Assembly (NCBI GenBank): GCA_051532035.1
Contig: JAOPTW010000037.1
Span: forward strand, 1 to 64,000
DNA: 64,000 nt
Reading direction: 5' to 3'
Source: Fibrobacterales bacterium
GTDB taxonomy: Bacteria; Fibrobacterota; Fibrobacteria; Fibrobacterales; JAOPTW01
A model generated the notes under the pieces. It had not been told where the DNA came from and did no database searches. It saw only the letters and a list, made by a program, of their open reading frames with translations. The position numbers and the translations under genes were made by a program. Shown here in pieces: positions 22,301 through 31,180 of the stretch (positions within the stretch are counted from its first letter, which is position 1; every line of letters starts with the position of its first letter).

Positions 22301-23659
22301 CTTGAGTATACTCTTACTGATGATGATCTTGCTAATTATATATTCTCTATTGCAACTTGTGAGGATAAAGATAATGGCATAGCAACTGCTACAACTGAGT
22401 ATACTAACATTGTGAGAAATCCAGGAAAATTGACATTAGTATTTGATACGCAGGTGGGGTCTGCCGGGCTCACTGTGGCTGTGCCCCTTAAAGGGAGTGT
22501 GGATGTTCTGATAGATTGGGGGGACGGCAATACACAAGTTATAACGCAGGAATCGAATGTGGTACATGAGTACAGTACTCATGGGACTTATACTGTAACT
22601 ATAGAGGGTTCTCTTGAATGGTTTGGGAAAAGATCCTGGGATAATTCGACTTTAGTAACTAATAATCTTATTAAAGTTACCAGCTTTGGGGATCTTGGTA
22701 TTCAAAGTCTGAGTGGTGCTTTTGTAAGGGCTGAAAATTTAATTGAACTTCCTCAGGAATTGCCATCAACAATAATAGATCTTACTTATATGCTCTATTA
22801 CGCGACAAGTTTCAATTTCAATATAAACTCTTGGGATGTATCTAATGTTGTTAATATTAGTGGTTTATTTGCCTATGCGACTTCATTCAATCAACCATTG
22901 AATGACTGGGATACAAAAAGTGTTACCAGTATGGCTGACCTTTTTCTGAAGGCGAGTCAATTTAATAAACCACTGGATAAGTGGGATATGTCTAATGTCA
23001 CAGATATGAAGTATGCATTTAGATTTGCGACAGCTTTTAATCAAAATATTAACACTTGGGATGTTTCAAAAGTCAGATCTTTTAAAATGGTATTTAATGC
23101 TGCCACGTCATTTGACAGTCCGCTCTATAACTGGAAGACAGGAAGTGCAACTGACTTTGCCGGTGTATTTGAATATGCTACATCATTCAATCAACCTATT
23201 GATGATTGGGATGTTTCGAAGGCAACTGATATGAGTTCTGCTTTCGAAGGGGCGGGAGCATTCAGCCAGAATTTGAACGATTGGGATGTGTCTAATGTTA
23301 GATTGATGGATGATATGTTTCGTGACGCTTCCTCATTTAATAGTCCACTTGAAAAATGGGATGTTCGTAAGCTTACTTCAATGATTTTGATGTTTTATCG
23401 TGCAGCTACTTTTGATCAACCCCTTGATGATTGGGATATAATGAGTCTTACTACAGGGGAGGGGTTTGTTTCATGTTCGTACGCGTATTCAGACATAAAC
23501 TATTCAAAAAATCTTGTCAAATGGGCTGAACTGTCATTACAAAGTGGTGTTACACTAGATTTTACTAATTGTAAATATGATACAGGTGCTGCACTTGCCC
23601 GTCAGAAAATAATTGATGATTTTGGGTGGACTTTAAAAGATGGAGGACTGATTCCATAA
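16301..23659 (+). CDS. Giant surface lipoprotein/adhesin: PKD, tandem cadherin-like Ig repeats, C-terminal DUF285 (BspA-like) repeats
   Basis: MKYTYIVLTVIFFVFNGC lipobox; WDF.GDG..D PKD units; about ten ~97 aa repeats (VNDAP.I...A.D.D.D.L.W.I...G..G......YTP....G.D....VSD); FNQPL..WDVS.V..M repeats. Confidence 0.9.
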   Translation: MKYTYIVLTVIFFVFNGCEIFNSDSSTRDYIITVNSKKDLPIDSIKALTIKGADSTHWFFTDANFEKTTIDSITERITVTLDLKAHKNETIVVEYSCYSSGLSIVQRNSRFKMNAPIIQISGGVDTVLVSFLQEYNKKHTSLDSTTMNPLQREAQWDQNKTILRELTTVYMLEHDSSSLTLYDAYKKHTVHKNSSVLATADTIALFSTIRDTLIIRGLNVDSVFATILPDNLNADSLLASLPEPSDIIKRGEPEATFTFSGTIGKHNQDVSKVVLHIWGTTIADTIITPASYDPSLGTYLGLLDVYEIGDNYTVAVHVYDYSSRMTGYIRKDFNRLQFAISFIDIDAWNAKPWASIDPLIDVSINDTIAVSWNGGDSLNRGTIAEAWWKSGDSDYIQQIDSVHSIVAPPIMSLDYAILLKVMDNDSNVTYDTISLNVLQDAPIIDAGEAIEVPVNLPIKFKGSASQEFGFFTLFKWDFVGDGLYNDSASIDTIHEYTYQHAGVYTARYSVIDDDYNTQIDSLQVTVTNSAPEVYSLSVDTVVLLKDTIVSIYDTLFFTAQVKDAESNICNVTLNGNGNTKIDVSDTVNFTADSIIRLAHAYSDTGTFTAEYTVIDYDGLSHTAHVKVGVVQDVPKVLAGTSFTQAINSMCTFDATVTQKFGSYEMFIWDFNGDGIMDDSSAITPDIEYIYRKSGSYTAKLFVRDDDKNIGIDSLSVIITNTPPIIDQFKNDTLVAKGSIVSFTAETHDIDGTIDLYEWDMDGDGVYEVSESVYKAQLKQFTIPGTYMIRLKVKDDDGKIALDSCKFQVNHPPTILTTQLVMNENSLALIGPIIAEDADGDTFDLSIEGTTFTLDEGYVLHPQISLDYEKDSIVELVVVLSDQIDTIKETIAIKIVNLNDNIPNIIFSKEVLNVGEDTETLISIKAQDADNDSLVWTHIIPNNGSVTIVSTARSSIDLSYTPNKDYIGTDLFKLITTDGVHYDTTTINIDVGGIDDPAEYTGTPILSGDNVVTGILIVTPGECHDIDSEEIFTYQWYRSLTALDPGTVIPGVVSNSYQLTESDGARFINVIASCNGIEKTTDFTNEINSPPIIRQNDIYNIFLTEDSDRVFGISATDVNGTPLTWSIIDPVSNATVTFSKINNDTIDIRYTNKNNFTGTDEFKVKVTDGTLFDEITIIATISEVNDSPVIAPPGQTSFTLIEDMNTTQLSTLSASDEEGDPLIWAIQKQGVLGEMVVTQSGVVSYTPIGDAFGEDSIIIQVSDSHSTDVVVLSITIQGVNDVPVITPIASTDFEINEDSRESKLITLESHDPDKELLIWSITRSPQYGTGSVSSTGDVFYTPNPDAAGADTMRIEVRDTHGAQDNIVLAIEVLPLNDSPIITPPDQTEYTLTEDDTAVRLVTIIATDKDSEGLVWRASNNTTLGVVTVVSGQVTYSPKPNSHGRDNVNIIVDDGKSTDQVPLIVDILSVDDEPIITLPATTKFSIDEDAAVTQLVTLSATDGDGDVLEWRITTNGNNGIAAISTGGMVSYTPTPEAFGTDLIIIQVSDGRYTDDISLNITINSINDAPVIETPTETEFTLLEDADLVQLTTLFAIDKERDDLSWSISQNGTTGVASVSSDGIVSYKANNNMYGVDNIRVRVSDQNASAEIGLRITVQGVNDAPVISPPAQTSFLVGENSESADLILLNAVDYDDDALVWSVIQNGSHGTASIDTLGQVIYAPNTMTNGVDILRIQVSDSRVTDEISLTVTVNSENDTPIIDHPAQVIFTFIEDAVEADLTTLSATDEEKDNLIWSVFKHGGNGSAAVTDGGLVSYIPNENFYGKDTFKIAVSDNYTEDVISLFIVVTPTNDAPTFDESNETSFSRSEDDGTMHLVTLLATDVDEDNLTWSIIQNGIEGHATISDGSIFYTPKDNIFGDDALIIRVSDNIEYDDITLNISIQSVNDEPLIFDSAIQGTVLNGSLLSNPATCTDLEDGTITPTISWYRSDNQQHVDDVFIVNALEYTLTDDDLANYIFSIATCEDKDNGIATATTEYTNIVRNPGKLTLVFDTQVGSAGLTVAVPLKGSVDVLIDWGDGNTQVITQESNVVHEYSTHGTYTVTIEGSLEWFGKRSWDNSTLVTNNLIKVTSFGDLGIQSLSGAFVRAENLIELPQELPSTIIDLTYMLYYATSFNFNINSWDVSNVVNISGLFAYATSFNQPLNDWDTKSVTSMADLFLKASQFNKPLDKWDMSNVTDMKYAFRFATAFNQNINTWDVSKVRSFKMVFNAATSFDSPLYNWKTGSATDFAGVFEYATSFNQPIDDWDVSKATDMSSAFEGAGAFSQNLNDWDVSNVRLMDDMFRDASSFNSPLEKWDVRKLTSMILMFYRAATFDQPLDDWDIMSLTTGEGFVSCSYAYSDINYSKNLVKWAELSLQSGVTLDFTNCKYDTGAALARQKIIDDFGWTLKDGGLIP

Positions 23660-23947
23660 GTCGGTAATAAACCAATAAAATTAATTACAACTTATTAGGT
23701 TAAACGCTAAAGGATAAATCCCGTGGTATGTAATGTAGGCGGGGCTTATTGTATGCATGGTTATAAAGTAATAAGAAATTTTCACATCTAAAAATTTGCT
23801 TGAGAATTTCTGCGATATTTAGCAGGTAAACAAAATTTACGATCAATTTACATTTCTCAGCCGTAATCTCACCATCCATTGGCTTAAATGAACGCAGTAA
23901 TAAATATGTAAAGGCGCGATCGGATGGTGATGCCTATGCCATTGCTG

Positions 23948-24103
23948 ATCCATCAAGGTGGCCCCCTTGTCGCAGGCTGTACCATACGCTGAACGAACAG
24001 TCTCAGGAGTACATTCTCAATAACATTAAAAAACAGGTGTTTAATACATGAATGCTCCGTAAAGAACTCATTGTCACTGATAGAGCCTCTTTACCACCCA
24101 TGT
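23948..24103 (+). repeat. 109 bp direct repeat, copy 2, with upstream extension (helicase-DUF3427 gene fragment)
   Basis: IHQGGPLVAGCTIR, frameshift, NEQSQEYILNNIKKQVFNT*, resembling the family motif P.LP.GC.I.L.....E.IL.NI. Confidence 0.88.
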
Positions 24104-24176
24104 CAGTCTATTCTATACTAAAATCATCGTACTTTACAACTAGGCGATTGTTTCTATGTTATAATAATACCCTCAT

Positions 24177-25250
24177 ATGAATTCACACCAAAGGACTCCT
24201 TTGAATAAAAATAATGTACCTCTTCTGCGTCGGGCATTAACACTGTTTTTAGAAGTAAGTTGCCGCCCCGAAATTATCATTACTTTGGGGATCTGTTATT
24301 TAATGAGCTCGCACATTACCAGTGTAGGTATCGGACTCATTGTACTGTTCATAACTATTCCTATGTATATGTTTGATCAGGTTGTGTTGCCTCGGAAAAC
24401 AGGTTTTACCATAATACGCTACCTGTTTGGCTTTAAAATAGTGAACACTATTAAAGATAAGAAGCTTGGGTATTTTCAACTACTGTATCGCAGTTCATTG
24501 GTGTTGATATTAGAATCAATGGCCACTTCATTGATCAGCCTTTGTATTATTTGCTTCAGGGATGATAATCGCTCTATACATGAATTGTTATCTAAAACAT
24601 CTTGTGTGGTTAGCCATAAGGCTCGGTATTATGTGTTGGTGTTTGTAGTGCCTCTGATGGTATTTCAATATCTGGCACTTATACAGGTAGGGAGTTCAGT
24701 TGTCGATAATAAAATAGTTAAGCCCCGTATTGAAGGTCAGGTCTTTAACTACCCTCAGGTGATTAACTCTGAAGAAGAGTTTGTGAAGCGCATAACAGGT
24801 GGTGCGCTATCGACGATAGTCTCTTTTGAAAATACAATAGAATCATTTAATAGCATTGAGGCTGTTGGGATAGAGCCTCCAATAGAAGATTATTATGGAT
24901 TGTTTAAGCCTGAAGAGTGGACTATGTTGAGTTATCAAAAAAGCATGTATTGTGATAGTATACTATTTGATGAAAATCCATATAAATTGTTCCACCCCAT
25001 GGCGTCATCAAAAGCTATAGTGACTCGGATTCTTGCTTCCGTTTCAGTGTCTATTATAGAGAAGCAAAATAACTATGTGTATGGCTGCGATCGAGATACC
25101 CTGTATCTTTCTCGTGAACTACTCCCGGCTACAAAGAAATACCTAATAAAAGAGTATGAGAAATATACTTCGAAAGAGATGATAAGTGCAATTCAGGTTT
25201 ATGATGCAAATGGAAATATCGTAAAAATGAAAACGAGTCTAACAAAATGA
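24177..25250 (+). CDS. RDD-family membrane protein
   Basis: PLLRRAL..F, G.TI..YLFG.KIV, LLYR, R.IHELLSKT.VV. Confidence 0.7.
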   Translation: MNSHQRTPLNKNNVPLLRRALTLFLEVSCRPEIIITLGICYLMSSHITSVGIGLIVLFITIPMYMFDQVVLPRKTGFTIIRYLFGFKIVNTIKDKKLGYFQLLYRSSLVLILESMATSLISLCIICFRDDNRSIHELLSKTSCVVSHKARYYVLVFVVPLMVFQYLALIQVGSSVVDNKIVKPRIEGQVFNYPQVINSEEEFVKRITGGALSTIVSFENTIESFNSIEAVGIEPPIEDYYGLFKPEEWTMLSYQKSMYCDSILFDENPYKLFHPMASSKAIVTRILASVSVSIIEKQNNYVYGCDRDTLYLSRELLPATKKYLIKEYEKYTSKEMISAIQVYDANGNIVKMKTSLTK

Positions 25251-25310
25251 CTTGACTGTGGAGTATGAGTGCCTAAGAGGTTGACGTAGAACTGTCGCTA
25301 TAAAGCTTCA

Positions 25311-27371
25311 TTAATTCTCAGTGTTTTGTTGTATGGTATGTAACAATTTCTCTTTACTCAATGGTTTTGTGAGTATGGCACTAAATTCGTTATTGAGAAG
25401 TGCTTTTTGGTCGACTGTCATTGCAAGAGCGGTGATAGCAATGATGGGTAGCTCTGGTTTAAAACTATGAATGCTTTTAGGTACCTCTATGCCATTGGAG
25501 TAATGTATAGATATGTCCATAAGTATAAGATCGAAATTATTCTCAATGGTTAAGGTGATTGCTTCAGTACCATTTGAGGCATATGTTATTGTATGACTTG
25601 ATTCTAGAGTGGCAGTATGAAAATTGTCATGGTTAGAAAAATCGTCTGCAACAATAAGTATTGAAAGGGACTTTTGGGGGGCGGTATCAAGACTTTGATT
25701 ACTGTCTTTTGACTCTTGAGCAGCTGGGATGGTAAAGAAAAAACAAGAGCCTTGTCCTGGAGTTGACGTTACCCATATCTCGCCATTAAGCAAAGTAAGT
25801 AAGCTCTTTGCTATAGTGAGGCCAAGACCCGCACCTGCTTTGATAGAGTTGTTTGCTTGATCACTTTTTCTAAAGCGGTCAAAAATATGTTTTTGTTGAT
25901 CATTTGGTATGCCAATTCCGGTATCTTTAACGTGAAAAAATAAGTCTGAACCATGTTTAGAACATCCAAAATCCACTGAGCCCGATTCTGTAAATTTAAA
26001 AGCATTGTCAATGAGAATTGTCAAAATTTGTTTAAGTCGCTGTTTGTCAGTGGTTATAATTTCATTGCCCTGAGGTAACTCACATTGTCGAAAGAGAGCT
26101 ACTACCTTGGAGCCTATTTGACTCAGTTGATTTTGATATACCGATTCTATGACTTCATTAATGTTAACGGAATCGTAATACAGCGTTATTTTATTTGATT
26201 CAAGTATTGAAAGGTCTAAAATGTTAGAAATGAGCCGTAATAAATGATTTCCTCCCTTTTCTATATGGGTTAAATGTGATTGTTTCTTAGTTTCACTTAA
26301 ATCAGGGGATTTGAGCAAGTTTGAAAAACCAATGATAGCATTAAGCGGTGTTCTGATTTCATGACTCATATTGGCCAAAAAGGATGTTTTTAATTTTTCA
26401 CTTTCTTCAGCTTTTTCTTTAGCTTTTTCCATAAGAGATAATGAATGTTTCCTCTGGTAATCAAAAATCAGCATGATGTATACGGTAACAGCAAGGGTAG
26501 CGATAAATAGCTGTAATTCAATAAGTACTGTCTTTATTTCAGGTGAAGAAAATGGGCCATGATCGGTAATAGAAGATGCAATAGCGAGTGCTGCAACGAG
26601 GAGAATTGCACAGTAGCTTACTCGGGAGTCCAGTTTGAAAACTGACCAGGCCAATATTGGACATAAAATAAAAAGAGGTAAATGAAACTCTGAGAACAAA
26701 TTATAAAAGTCAAGTATCACTATTGTGATGATAAAAAGTGACACAAAGAAAATGATTGATTTAAAGGGGGCTTTGAATTTATCATTTCTTTTAAACCAAA
26801 GATGAAGGAGGAGTGGAGTCAATAGAAGTACACCAACAGAGTCGCCAACCCACCAGGTAACAAATGAGAATAGGTAGGTATCCCAAGGAACTAAACCTGC
26901 AATCCCCAGCGAAGTAATACCAAGTAATGCACTGATAAAAGGCCCAATTATTACAGCATACAGTAAGAAATGAGATAGGTGAGTAAAGTCATTGAATAAT
27001 GAATGATTTGTTAATGCTCTTTTACATCCTAAATATCCAATGTAAGCACAGAGCATGTCACCAATACCATTAGAAATACCACAAAATAGTGTTGATATAA
27101 CGGAAAATAGTGTTGTTGTATCAAAATAAGATGTCGCATTGCCCAGGAATGCTCCCAAAAATATACCAGGAAGGAGTGTGCCTTTTCGAATGCAAAGGGC
27201 GGCAAGTATTATTCCTGACGGAAGCCATATTGCAGTAATGTTACCTGGTGGAATAGAAAAAAGTTGACCTAGTTTAGCCGTACCAAAATAGAGCCCTGCA
27301 AGGAGCACATTCTGAAAAATGTGAATATAAAGCGGTATGGCCTGATTTGACTTTTCTGGCATATCATACAT
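25311..27371 (-). CDS. MASE1-domain hybrid sensor histidine kinase
   Basis: IWLPSG and WWVGD MASE1 motifs, FLANMSHEIRTPLN, DNAFKFT, DTGIGI, GAGLGL, C-terminal REC. Confidence 0.92.
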   Translation of the reverse strand: MYDMPEKSNQAIPLYIHIFQNVLLAGLYFGTAKLGQLFSIPPGNITAIWLPSGIILAALCIRKGTLLPGIFLGAFLGNATSYFDTTTLFSVISTLFCGISNGIGDMLCAYIGYLGCKRALTNHSLFNDFTHLSHFLLYAVIIGPFISALLGITSLGIAGLVPWDTYLFSFVTWWVGDSVGVLLLTPLLLHLWFKRNDKFKAPFKSIIFFVSLFIITIVILDFYNLFSEFHLPLFILCPILAWSVFKLDSRVSYCAILLVAALAIASSITDHGPFSSPEIKTVLIELQLFIATLAVTVYIMLIFDYQRKHSLSLMEKAKEKAEESEKLKTSFLANMSHEIRTPLNAIIGFSNLLKSPDLSETKKQSHLTHIEKGGNHLLRLISNILDLSILESNKITLYYDSVNINEVIESVYQNQLSQIGSKVVALFRQCELPQGNEIITTDKQRLKQILTILIDNAFKFTESGSVDFGCSKHGSDLFFHVKDTGIGIPNDQQKHIFDRFRKSDQANNSIKAGAGLGLTIAKSLLTLLNGEIWVTSTPGQGSCFFFTIPAAQESKDSNQSLDTAPQKSLSILIVADDFSNHDNFHTATLESSHTITYASNGTEAITLTIENNFDLILMDISIHYSNGIEVPKSIHSFKPELPIIAITALAMTVDQKALLNNEFSAILTKPLSKEKLLHTIQQNTEN

Positions 27372-27510
27372 AAGTAAAATCTTACATCCACTGTATTAAA
27401 TATCCATCAGTAAAGCAACAATAATATGATTCATTCTTGATTGCTCTTGGGGAGATACACTACAAAGATGAAATGGTTACAATGGAATTATAATGTCGAG
27501 GTTTGTAAAT

Positions 27511-27564
27511 AACCCGATTCCTTCAATATTTTGACTGAGTGCGGGTGTAATGGCTGTGGGGTAG
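27511..27564 (+). repeat. Copy 3 of the DUF3427 gene 3' terminus
   Basis: Reads NPIPSIF*LSAGVMAVG*, collinear with NPIPPVLWQSAGMMAVG* at 734-787. Confidence 0.88.
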
Positions 27565-27642
27565 TATAATTCTCCCTCAACTTGTTGGCTGTATAAATAA
27601 CGCACTACAACGAGTTAAAGGAGTGAGATATAGCAGGCAAAA

Positions 27643-28725
27643 TTATTTCTTCTTATACACCCGAACATAATCGACTAAAAATTGCATCGGAAATGCTGCA
27701 GCATCAGGGGCGCCACCCCAGCCACCAATGGCGAGATTAAGTAAAATAAACTGGGGTCCTGTATAGGGCCATGCTGAAGCATTGTATTGGTCACCCCCTT
27801 GAGGGCGGGCGGTAAAATAATGTTCATGGTCAAAATAAAATTCTATTCTGTCCGCATACCACTGTACCGAGTATATGTGGAAATCACTCTCTACAGTTGA
27901 TTCTTCGATTGTTCCTTGTTGTGCAGTTGCACCACTATAGTTTGGTGCATGTACGGTTCCATGAATGACTCCTGGGTGAGTGCCAACGTATTCCATAATA
28001 TCGATTTCACCACACCCTGGCCAACCAGCTCCGCTAAAAATATTTGTTCCCAGCATCCAAATAGCAGGCCATGATCCACTTCCTGATGGGATTTTTGCTC
28101 GTACATCAACTCGGCCATAGGTGAATTCAAAATGGCCATGAGATTTTATACGGGCTGAGGTGTATTGATATGATTGCCACCAATCTTCGCGACCTACAAT
28201 GTTAAGAAACCCATCATCTTGATAGGAGTTTTTTTCTCGCGTAGTGTATTTCTGAAGCTCATTATTGTTTGCCCCAGGTTCCATTGTTTCATAGCTCCAT
28301 TTATTAGGATCAACAGCACCCGTTCCATTAAATTCATCATTCCATTTTAGTTTCCAGCCTTTAATAGTAGGGTCTGAGTGGTCTTGTGATGAAGACATAG
28401 GGCTTGATGATGAGTATGGTTCTGAACTTGAGTACTCACTTGAATTAATGAGTGTAGACGAACTTGATTGAGGCAGTTCAAGGCTACTTGATTGACTGTT
28501 AAGAACAGAAGATAGGGATTGGGAGTGCTGTGATGAAGATGCTGCTTTGGAATACGGAGGGAATTCTGAAAGGGCAGATGTGAGACTCGAAAGCGTTTGT
28601 GAGTTACTTGATGCTCGTGATGATTGCTCAGAAGAGTTGTCTGACTGTATTGATGCATTGGTAGTTACAGAATTACAGTTACTGAAGAGAGCAATGAGTA
28701 TAAAGAGTGCCGTATATTTTTTCAT
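27643..28725 (-). CDS. GH16 glycoside hydrolase lipoprotein (laminarinase-like)
   Basis: Lipobox FSNC, Ser-rich linker, WNDEFNG, WPAIWMLG, catalytic GEIDIME, VDYVRVY. Confidence 0.93.
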   Translation of the reverse strand: MKKYTALFILIALFSNCNSVTTNASIQSDNSSEQSSRASSNSQTLSSLTSALSEFPPYSKAASSSQHSQSLSSVLNSQSSSLELPQSSSSTLINSSEYSSSEPYSSSSPMSSSQDHSDPTIKGWKLKWNDEFNGTGAVDPNKWSYETMEPGANNNELQKYTTREKNSYQDDGFLNIVGREDWWQSYQYTSARIKSHGHFEFTYGRVDVRAKIPSGSGSWPAIWMLGTNIFSGAGWPGCGEIDIMEYVGTHPGVIHGTVHAPNYSGATAQQGTIEESTVESDFHIYSVQWYADRIEFYFDHEHYFTARPQGGDQYNASAWPYTGPQFILLNLAIGGWGGAPDAAAFPMQFLVDYVRVYKKK

Positions 28726-28890
28726 TAGAGGCTAGACGGTTGGTGGTATGACTATAACATATATTCTTAAAGCGTTCGCAAGGGGTTCGCATTTGTAAAA
28801 AGAAGTTTGGGTAATAGAACGATTAAAGGGTTATTGCCTGTTGAGCATGTACCCGTTGACCATGTTTAATGTAATACTCTCTGCTGCTTT

Positions 28891-28932
28891 AAAAACTACC
28901 GTAGTAGGACCCAGGGTCGCTACGGTAGTTTT
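28891..28932 (-). terminator. Intrinsic terminator after the spondin gene
   Basis: AAAACTACCGTAG...CTACGGTAGTTTT stem just past the stop codon. Confidence 0.7.
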
Positions 28933-28949
28933 ATACATAAAGATGTACT

Positions 28950-30899
28950 CTAAAATTCTGGAACGGGAGTGACTATAATCATGATTGCTTCATTGGTGAC
29001 GGGATACATAAATGCATCTGATACAGGCATTACCATTCCATTTTCAATAGTGCCAGTATTTGGGGCTGCTTGGCGTGGTGCTTGATTAGAACCGACACCT
29101 GGCATTTCATTGACCTCAGTACCTGCGTCCCATAGCATAATAGAACTCGTTACGTCTCCACTGATAGGCATGCCTTCAGCATTCCATAGTGGAAGTCCAT
29201 TCTCTGGTGTTCCATAAAACAGATCATTACTGTGTACAAACATTGTTGCTAAGTAGAGCATGTCACCTTTTGTTGCATCAACAGTAACAGTATACATGCC
29301 ACCAGTAGGGAGGGGAGCATCGCCAAATGTAGATACAGCAATTCCCTTGCTCATAAGGCTTGTGTGTAATGGGGTAGGGTTACCATCTTCTGCGAGGGCT
29401 TCAAGGCCAATCCCCATGTCTTTCATTGTGTTCGAAAATAATACCATATTCATTGCAGATACTGCAGCTACACCTGGCGCAAAAACCGTTGGCGCAATAG
29501 AGTTCATTTTCAAATAGTCAGCTAAAGGCGCAGGGTTGCCATCTTCAGCTAATGCTTCGAGACCTTTCCCCATGTCCATTACCCCATTTCCATAGAGAGG
29601 TGTACCAGACGTATGGAGTGCCCAAACTGCTGGTGCAAGCGGTGTATTTGAGGTTGCTTTCACAGTGATTGTGAACTCAAAAGTTCCTGCAGTTGTACTG
29701 GTAACTGATATCATAATATTAGCAGCTGGTTTTGTGTGATCCATTGTTGTTAATGCTGTTACTAAAGCGGTTGGATTACCATCCTCTGCAAGAGACTCAA
29801 GGCCCATGCCAAAATCCATTACACCGGTGTTGTACAAAGGGGCGGGGGCATGATGGATAGCGTAGGCACCAGGAGCAAGCGGTGTTGTAGATTCTGCTTT
29901 TACTTGTATTGTTACCGTAAACATATTATCAGCCAGTGCGTCGATTGTGACATCGATGTTTTGTCCTACTGTTGTTGAATGCCCTTCAGCCATGCGTACC
30001 AATGTGTCCATATCTGGGTCACCCATATTAGGTCCAGATTGTCGTGGCGCTTGGTAGGAACCAGTTCCAATCTCTTGATCCATTTCAGTTCCCGCATCCC
30101 ACAGCATTATTTGGTCTGTAATGTTTCCACTGATAGCCATACCATCCATGCCATAGAGTTCAATTCCCTCTGGTTTGGTTCCATAAAACCAATCGTTTGA
30201 TTGTACAAACATCGTCGCTAATGATAATTTTTGTCCTTTCATCGCTTTAAATGAAAAAGAGTAAGAGCCTCCAGGGCCAGCAGGTGCTTCACCAAATGCT
30301 GCCGCTGTTACGGGTGCCACTGGTCGAACCATTGCGACCGGGTCCATCATTCCGCTATTAGGGCCTGTTTGTCGAGGTGCCTGATAGCTCCCAGCTCCTA
30401 TAGGTTCATCCATTTCAGTGCCTGCATCCCACAGCATAATTTTGTCAGTAATATCTCCCGAAATGGCAGTGCCATCTTCATTATAGAGTGAGAGGCCTTC
30501 TGGAGCAAAGCCATAAAACCAATCATTTGATTGCACAAACATAGTTGCTAAAGAAATTTTAGAATCCATTTGAGCATCAGAGACGGTGAACTTCCATTCA
30601 CTATCTGGTACAAGAGGAGCGTCTCCTACCATGCCGTATCCTTGTAATGGAGAGGGTGTTGAAATGTTTTTTATAGTGATATCAAATTTTTGAGTTGCCA
30701 TAGGGACAGATGACATTGAAGTTTCATCAATGTCGTCAGAGCTCATCTGGGCATTCATGTCATTACTGCTCATGTGCATGCTTGAACTGCTCATAATTGG
30801 TTTGGGTGATGGATCATCTGAGTCTGAGTTATTAAAAATATCACAGCCGGTGAATAGTAGACCGCTGCATGCGAGAGTAATAAGTAAGTTTTTGTTCAT
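28950..30899 (-). CDS. Met-rich spondin-domain lipoprotein (three spondin_N-like units)
   Basis: Lipobox FTGC; three copies each of LATMFV.SND.FYG, LWDAGTE, QAPRQ..PN and GLE.LAEDGNP. Confidence 0.88.
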   Translation of the reverse strand: MNKNLLITLACSGLLFTGCDIFNNSDSDDPSPKPIMSSSSMHMSSNDMNAQMSSDDIDETSMSSVPMATQKFDITIKNISTPSPLQGYGMVGDAPLVPDSEWKFTVSDAQMDSKISLATMFVQSNDWFYGFAPEGLSLYNEDGTAISGDITDKIMLWDAGTEMDEPIGAGSYQAPRQTGPNSGMMDPVAMVRPVAPVTAAAFGEAPAGPGGSYSFSFKAMKGQKLSLATMFVQSNDWFYGTKPEGIELYGMDGMAISGNITDQIMLWDAGTEMDQEIGTGSYQAPRQSGPNMGDPDMDTLVRMAEGHSTTVGQNIDVTIDALADNMFTVTIQVKAESTTPLAPGAYAIHHAPAPLYNTGVMDFGMGLESLAEDGNPTALVTALTTMDHTKPAANIMISVTSTTAGTFEFTITVKATSNTPLAPAVWALHTSGTPLYGNGVMDMGKGLEALAEDGNPAPLADYLKMNSIAPTVFAPGVAAVSAMNMVLFSNTMKDMGIGLEALAEDGNPTPLHTSLMSKGIAVSTFGDAPLPTGGMYTVTVDATKGDMLYLATMFVHSNDLFYGTPENGLPLWNAEGMPISGDVTSSIMLWDAGTEVNEMPGVGSNQAPRQAAPNTGTIENGMVMPVSDAFMYPVTNEAIMIIVTPVPEF

Positions 30900-31180
30900 T
30901 GTATCCTCTTTTTGTATCCTGTAGGTTGGTTGTTATGAAAATATATCCTCACTAAGCCTAAAAAACAAGTAAAAGTGTATCCTTGATCGTTGTTTTTTAG
31001 AATACATACAAGTTTGAAATGAAATATGATGTAATTTGTTGGAAATGGGGGACCATTGAACAATACTAATGGCCAAGTTTATAAAAAATGCACGATACCA
31101 TGTTTGTTAGAGTACAGATAGTGCTTTATACGCTATATTTAAGCTATATTGTTGTAGGTGATTGCCATAAGAAGGATACA

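Noticed and set aside
761..27564. Recurring 27-mer as a CRISPR repeat or integron attC site
   Set aside because: Copies are kilobases apart, non-palindromic, lack attC box structure, and translate as a protein C-terminus. No cas or intI gene is present.
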